NCBI GenBank assembly: GCA_050287785.1
Contig: JBNKCO010000060.1
Span: 108,482-172,481, forward strand
DNA: 64,000 bases
Origin: Bacteroidales bacterium
Lineage (GTDB): Bacteria; Bacteroidota; Bacteroidia; Bacteroidales; UBA10428
Direction: 5' to 3'
The notes beneath the pieces were generated by a model, which saw only the letters and a program-made list of their open reading frames with translations, was not told where the DNA came from and ran no database searches. Both the position numbers and the translations under genes were made by a program. Position 1 is the first letter of the stretch, and each line of letters starts with the position of its first letter. Shown piece after piece: positions 60,628 through 64,000 of this stretch.

Positions 60628-61026
60628 TCTAAGATATCTAAGCTTCTACTTGAAAATATTGAGATTGTTGTTTCACTTATAATAAGATTATTTGAGACTG
60701 GAGCAAATAACGTTGTGATGACAAATCTTCAAAGTGATAAGTTAGAGGAAACTAAACTGGAGGCTATGTAAATCGCACTTGACAAAGCAATGAAAAAGGC
60801 TGAAATAATTGCTTCACATTTAAATTTCTCTATTGGACAGATTATTGAAATTTCTGAATTTAGACCTCAGATTCAGATAATGACGGATAAAGGAGAGTAT
60901 GCTTTCCAATCTAGGAACCTAACTGCATATGGTGTAAATTGACTGTATTATTATGAAGGAGAGGATAGTGGCAATAGAAAAATTAGGGTTGGATATATCG
61001 TAGATATAAATTACGTACTAAAATAA
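60628..61026 (+). pseudogene. Decayed C-terminal fragment of a SIMPL/DUF541-family gene
   Basis: A single reading frame gives ..LFETGANNVVMTNLQSDKLEETKLEAM*IALDKAMKKAEIIASHLNFSIGQIIEISE...AYGVN*LYYYEGEDSGNRKIRVGYIVDINYVLK*. It has in-frame stops at 60625, 60769 and 60940. The N-terminal half of the family is missing. Confidence 0.5.
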
Positions 61027-61035
61027 TGCACGACC

Positions 61036-61165
61036 ACACAACACTAGGTATAAGTAATGCCAGGCTTTTCAGTATTCGAGCCAGTGTTTTTCAAAAATGC
61101 TTATCTTGTAACCTGATAGGTTTGAGCTATGCACGCTGGCACTACTCATACCATTACCGTTAGCA
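61036..61165 (+). repeat. attC-like imperfect palindrome (130 nt)
   Basis: It starts ACACAAC and ends GTTAGCA. The 17-nt arms GGTATAAGTAATGCCAG (61047-61063) and CTGGCACTACTCATACC (61136-61152) are complementary at 15 of 17 positions. It ends 12 nt before the next ATG. Confidence 0.55.
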
Positions 61166-61177
61166 TTACTTAAGCCC

Positions 61178-61897
61178 ATGAAGCAAGAAATAAATAGACT
61201 AGAATTATTTTTAGATTATTCGAATAAAGTCATTAAAGAATTTGAAGGTAAAGGGACTGAAAATGTCTCGCTTGATTATTTAATTGAGAATAGCCTGAGA
61301 AGCTATGATATTCTTTTATCAGTTAGTATTCTCCTAAAAAGCAACCTGGGTTTGTCAGAATTGGAACATCCTCTTGGAATATTATTTAGATCAGGACTGT
61401 ACGACTTTATTTATCTACAATATGTTATGAATAAATCGCTCAAAAATAATATTCTGGATTCTGAATCATTAGATTCTGAAATTAGGGAATATATTAATGG
61501 GCATTTTAATAAAGTAGGAAAAGACTTTGAATTGATTGATTCCCTTAAAGGAAAAGATAGATTCAAGGACTTTAAAAGTAAAGATAGATTTAAGGAATTA
61601 GGGGTGTTAAAAGAAGGTAGAAGTTTTGCTGAGAGCAAAAAACTACCGCACCTAAAACTCGCAATTGACTGTTGGGAATGGTATTCAAAATACGAACATT
61701 ATGGTGTTTTTACGAATCTAATGTATAATGACATCGAAGGAAATAGAATAAGGGTTCAAAGGTCTATTGAATTGCTATCATATAATATTTGCTTCTCATT
61801 ACACTTGTTGCTAGAACTAGGATATGACAAGATTAAACTTGAGGATATTAAGAAGCTTGAAGATATAAGTCTTGACTCTATAAATAACTATTGCTAA
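61178..61897 (+). CDS. Hypothetical all-alpha cytoplasmic protein
   Basis: 239 aa with no signal peptide or TM segment. It has an internal near-repeat KGKDRFKDF / KSKDRFKEL and a conserved-looking WEWYSKYEHYG segment. Confidence 0.6.
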   Translation: MKQEINRLELFLDYSNKVIKEFEGKGTENVSLDYLIENSLRSYDILLSVSILLKSNLGLSELEHPLGILFRSGLYDFIYLQYVMNKSLKNNILDSESLDSEIREYINGHFNKVGKDFELIDSLKGKDRFKDFKSKDRFKELGVLKEGRSFAESKKLPHLKLAIDCWEWYSKYEHYGVFTNLMYNDIEGNRIRVQRSIELLSYNICFSLHLLLELGYDKIKLEDIKKLEDISLDSINNYC

Positions 61898-61985
61898 TAA
61901 TAAATAAAGGGCATGGGCTTTCAGCATAAATTTTGGAGTTTGGTTTTTCAAAGTAGCCCACGGCCCCTTTTTCGGAACGTTGTAG
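61892..61985 (+). repeat. attC-like imperfect palindrome (94 nt)
   Basis: It starts TGCTAAT (overlapping the stop codon) and ends GTTGTAG. The arms are AAAGGGCATGGGCT and AGCCCACGGCCCCTTT. It shares GGCTTT(T)CAGYAT and GTTTTTCAAA with the 61036 element, and AACGTT(GT)AGCACC with the 63780 element. Confidence 0.5.
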
Positions 61986-62144
61986 CACCGAAAATTGGCG
62001 CTAACAAGGGCACTTTATTATAACCTCTCAAAAAAAACCGTACAAATTGTGCTACAAAATGATGAAGTCAAAATAACAAGAATCATTGATATTCAAGAGA
62101 GATTTTATAACAAATTAAACTTAACCTCAAGCAGATATTAGGAT

Positions 62145-62633
62145 ATGGACTTTATAATTAGAATACTGGGATTTTTAGTTTTTATAGCTGGAATAATTCT
62201 ATTTATACTTGGGATTATTTCAAAACATAAAACATTAAAAATAATTGGAATAATTACATTTATAACTCCTTTGGCTTTAACTGTATTGCTAATTGTTTTT
62301 ACTAATATATTGGGTTTCTTGAAGGTTTCCCCTTCGAAGTCTGATTTTTATGGGAAATATGTGCTTGATGAAAAATCATATGATTATGTTAAGAGTATTG
62401 GTAGTTTGGATACTTTAAGTACAATTGAAATTTACAAAAATGATTCTATTTATATTGAACCTGTTGATTTCTTAAATGTAACAGGACATGGTGTTTTCGA
62501 ATATGAGTCTTGGAACGATAATGGAATGAATTTTCACATTAAAAATGGATATCATATAGTTCATTTGGATAGAGATATTAAAAACTGGAGATTAGAATAT
62601 TCTGGATTCTATTATAAAAAGATTAATGATTAA
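62145..62633 (+). CDS. Hypothetical membrane-anchored protein (two N-terminal TM helices + ~100-aa soluble domain)
   Basis: 162 aa with hydrophobic segments at residues 5-25 and 33-55. I recognise no motif. Confidence 0.55.
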   Translation: MDFIIRILGFLVFIAGIILFILGIISKHKTLKIIGIITFITPLALTVLLIVFTNILGFLKVSPSKSDFYGKYVLDEKSYDYVKSIGSLDTLSTIEIYKNDSIYIEPVDFLNVTGHGVFEYESWNDNGMNFHIKNGYHIVHLDRDIKNWRLEYSGFYYKKIND

Positions 62634-62842
62634 TAACATGCTACAACAAAATGTAAAAAACATTACCTTCGGTGAACTCGCAAGCTCGATTGTGCAGAGA
62701 TGCTAAAACTGAGAAGTAATAACACTTAATAAACATATAGCGGTCGGATAAGTTGGGAGCTTTGAAATGTCAACCAACCCATATTCTCAACATTACCATG
62801 CATTTAAAAGAGATATTGTACAAGTAAAAAACATTGGATAGA

Positions 62843-63295
62843 ATGAATATTCAAATAAGACCGATTGGATTCGTTGTAAATGAAAGGATAGAAAAATCTG
62901 ATACTAATTGGAGTTCTATAGAATCAAGAATTGAATTGACTTCTGAGTTTGATTCTGATTCTCTTGAAGGAATAGAACTATTCTCCCACCTTGAGATATT
63001 ATTTTATTTTGATAAATCGGAGAAAGAATTTAAAGGGTCTGAACATCCAAGAGGAAATACAAAATATCCAAAAGTTGGAATATTTGCCCAAAGGAAAAAA
63101 GACAGACCAAACCATATAGGTGCAACAATTGTAAACTTGATTAAAAAAGAAAGAAATGCCTTGATAGTTTCAAATTTAGATGCTATTCATGGAACCCCAA
63201 TACTTGATATTAAACCAGTATTCAATGAATATCTACCTAAAGGAGAATTGTCACAGCCAAGTTGGACAAATGAATTAATGAAAAATTATTGGTAA
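62843..63295 (+). CDS. TsaA/TrmO (YaeB)-like domain protein, short form
   Basis: LEGIELFSHLEILFYF, GIFAQRKKDRPNHIGATIVNL and LDAIHGTPILDIKP align with the conserved blocks of E. coli TrmO/YaeB. The track start at 62834 is TTG; I use the ATG at 62843. Confidence 0.8.
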   Translation: MNIQIRPIGFVVNERIEKSDTNWSSIESRIELTSEFDSDSLEGIELFSHLEILFYFDKSEKEFKGSEHPRGNTKYPKVGIFAQRKKDRPNHIGATIVNLIKKERNALIVSNLDAIHGTPILDIKPVFNEYLPKGELSQPSWTNELMKNYW

Positions 63296-63296
63296 A

Positions 63297-63782
63297 ATGA
63301 TAGAATTTAGCATAAAACAGGGACAAATAGAGGATTTGGATTTAGTGAAACCTCTATGGGAAAAACTAAATGATTTACATGAAAGTTTGTCTCCTAATTT
63401 TAAGGAAAGATTCCAAAGAATGAATTGGGACAAAAGAAAAAGCAATCTGATAAGTAAGGCAGGAAAATTTTTATTAGAATATGTTATTGAAAACAAAAAC
63501 AATAAAATTGTAGCATACTGCATTTCAACAATTGAGAAGGAAAATGAAAAAGTGGGAGAAATCGATTCAATATTCGTTGAGAAAGAACTAAGAAAATCAG
63601 GAATTGGAAAGCAACTTATGGATAATGCTATAAATTGGTTGATTTCGCAAAATACCGAGACACAAAGGCTATTAGTTGGAGTTGGTAATGAAAAGGTGAT
63701 TGATTATTATCATCAATTTGATTTTCATCCTCTTCACATTGTATTACAGAGAAAGGATACTGATAAAAACGCAAGGAAATAA
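63297..63782 (+). CDS. GNAT-family N-acetyltransferase
   Basis: 161 aa with the acetyl-CoA motif VEKELRKSGIGKQLMDNAINW. It starts 1 nt after the upstream stop codon. Confidence 0.85.
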   Translation: MIEFSIKQGQIEDLDLVKPLWEKLNDLHESLSPNFKERFQRMNWDKRKSNLISKAGKFLLEYVIENKNNKIVAYCISTIEKENEKVGEIDSIFVEKELRKSGIGKQLMDNAINWLISQNTETQRLLVGVGNEKVIDYYHQFDFHPLHIVLQRKDTDKNARK

Positions 63783-63901
63783 TAATATATATAATAGGCG
63801 TGATAGCAGTAAATTCAATGGTTATAGCCGCTTCAAAATTGTTGCAGTTTGATAGAGATGAAGCCCGCAATCGTCTACTTTGCGCATACTTAACGTTAGC
63901 A
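63780..63901 (+). repeat. attC-like imperfect palindrome (~120 nt)
   Basis: It starts at the stop codon (TAATAAT) and ends AACGTTAGCA. The arm TAGCCGCTTCA pairs with TGAAGCCCGCAAT, and TAGGCGTGATAGCAG pairs with CGTCTACTTTGCGCATA. It ends 31 nt before the next ATG. Confidence 0.45.
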
Positions 63902-63932
63902 CCAATATTACAAAACACAAAAAGTAAGAGTT

Positions 63933-64000
63933 ATGAAATCAAATATTTTAAAAAGTGGAATCTTTGTGTTACTCTTTAACATGAGTATGATTTGCTTTGC
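63933..64000 (+). CDS. Start of a further small ORF with a signal-peptide-like N-terminus (runs off the right edge)
   Basis: My translation is MKSNILKSGIFVLLFNMSMICF... Only 22 codons are visible. Confidence 0.35.
   Translation, partial: MKSNILKSGIFVLLFNMSMICF

Noticed and set aside
1-64000. Looked for CRISPR arrays, tRNA/rRNA genes, transposases, tyrosine/serine recombinases and reverse transcriptases
   Set aside because: I saw no regularly spaced direct repeats, no tRNA-like T-arm consensus (GGTTCGAATCC type), and no ORF with recombinase, transposase or RT motifs. The recurring intergenic elements are imperfect palindromes, not direct-repeat arrays.

Overview
This is a low-GC, Bacteroidota-type chromosome segment. 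It has T9SS type A and type B C-terminal sorting domains, CarboxypepD_reg/TonB-dependent receptors and many lipoprotein signal peptides. Positions 1 to about 41.7 kb look like ordinary core genome: two tandem ClC channels, an NMO/FabK-like enzyme, RelA/SpoT, Fur, PurA, NUDIX, MFS, two adjacent phosphofructokinases, a SPOR protein, a thioredoxin-like protein, an acyl-CoA ligase, a SAM-I riboswitch ahead of metH-metF, a DUF4190/DUF2752 pair, two DUF3857-transglutaminase paralogues, a hybrid histidine kinase with a sigma54-type NtrC regulator, a T9SS-secreted endonuclease I, a TPR protein and RecG. From about 41.8 kb to the right edge the content is accessory. (1) Small, unrelated, co-oriented ORFs are separated by imperfect palindromes that start at or near the preceding stop codon (..TAAC/TAAT) and end in GTTAGGT/GTTGTGT/GTTAGCA/GTTGTAG. 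I read these as attC-like sites of an integron-type cassette array with no integrase in the window (CALIN-like). The cassettes include an Rx4H (HEPN-like) protein, a decayed SIMPL gene and a TsaA/TrmO-like + GNAT pair. (2) The array is split by a roughly 13.5-kb co-oriented envelope locus. This locus holds a membrane-embedded AraC regulator, a CPBP protease reading in frame into a TonB-dependent receptor, several small outer-membrane barrels, an S41 peptidase, an S33-type hydrolase broken by one in-frame TAG, a GIN-domain lipoprotein, a second TonB-type barrel and a secreted HExxH protein. Three of its genes are preceded by the same ~35-nt motif. I found no CRISPR array, rRNA, tRNA, transposase or recombinase.
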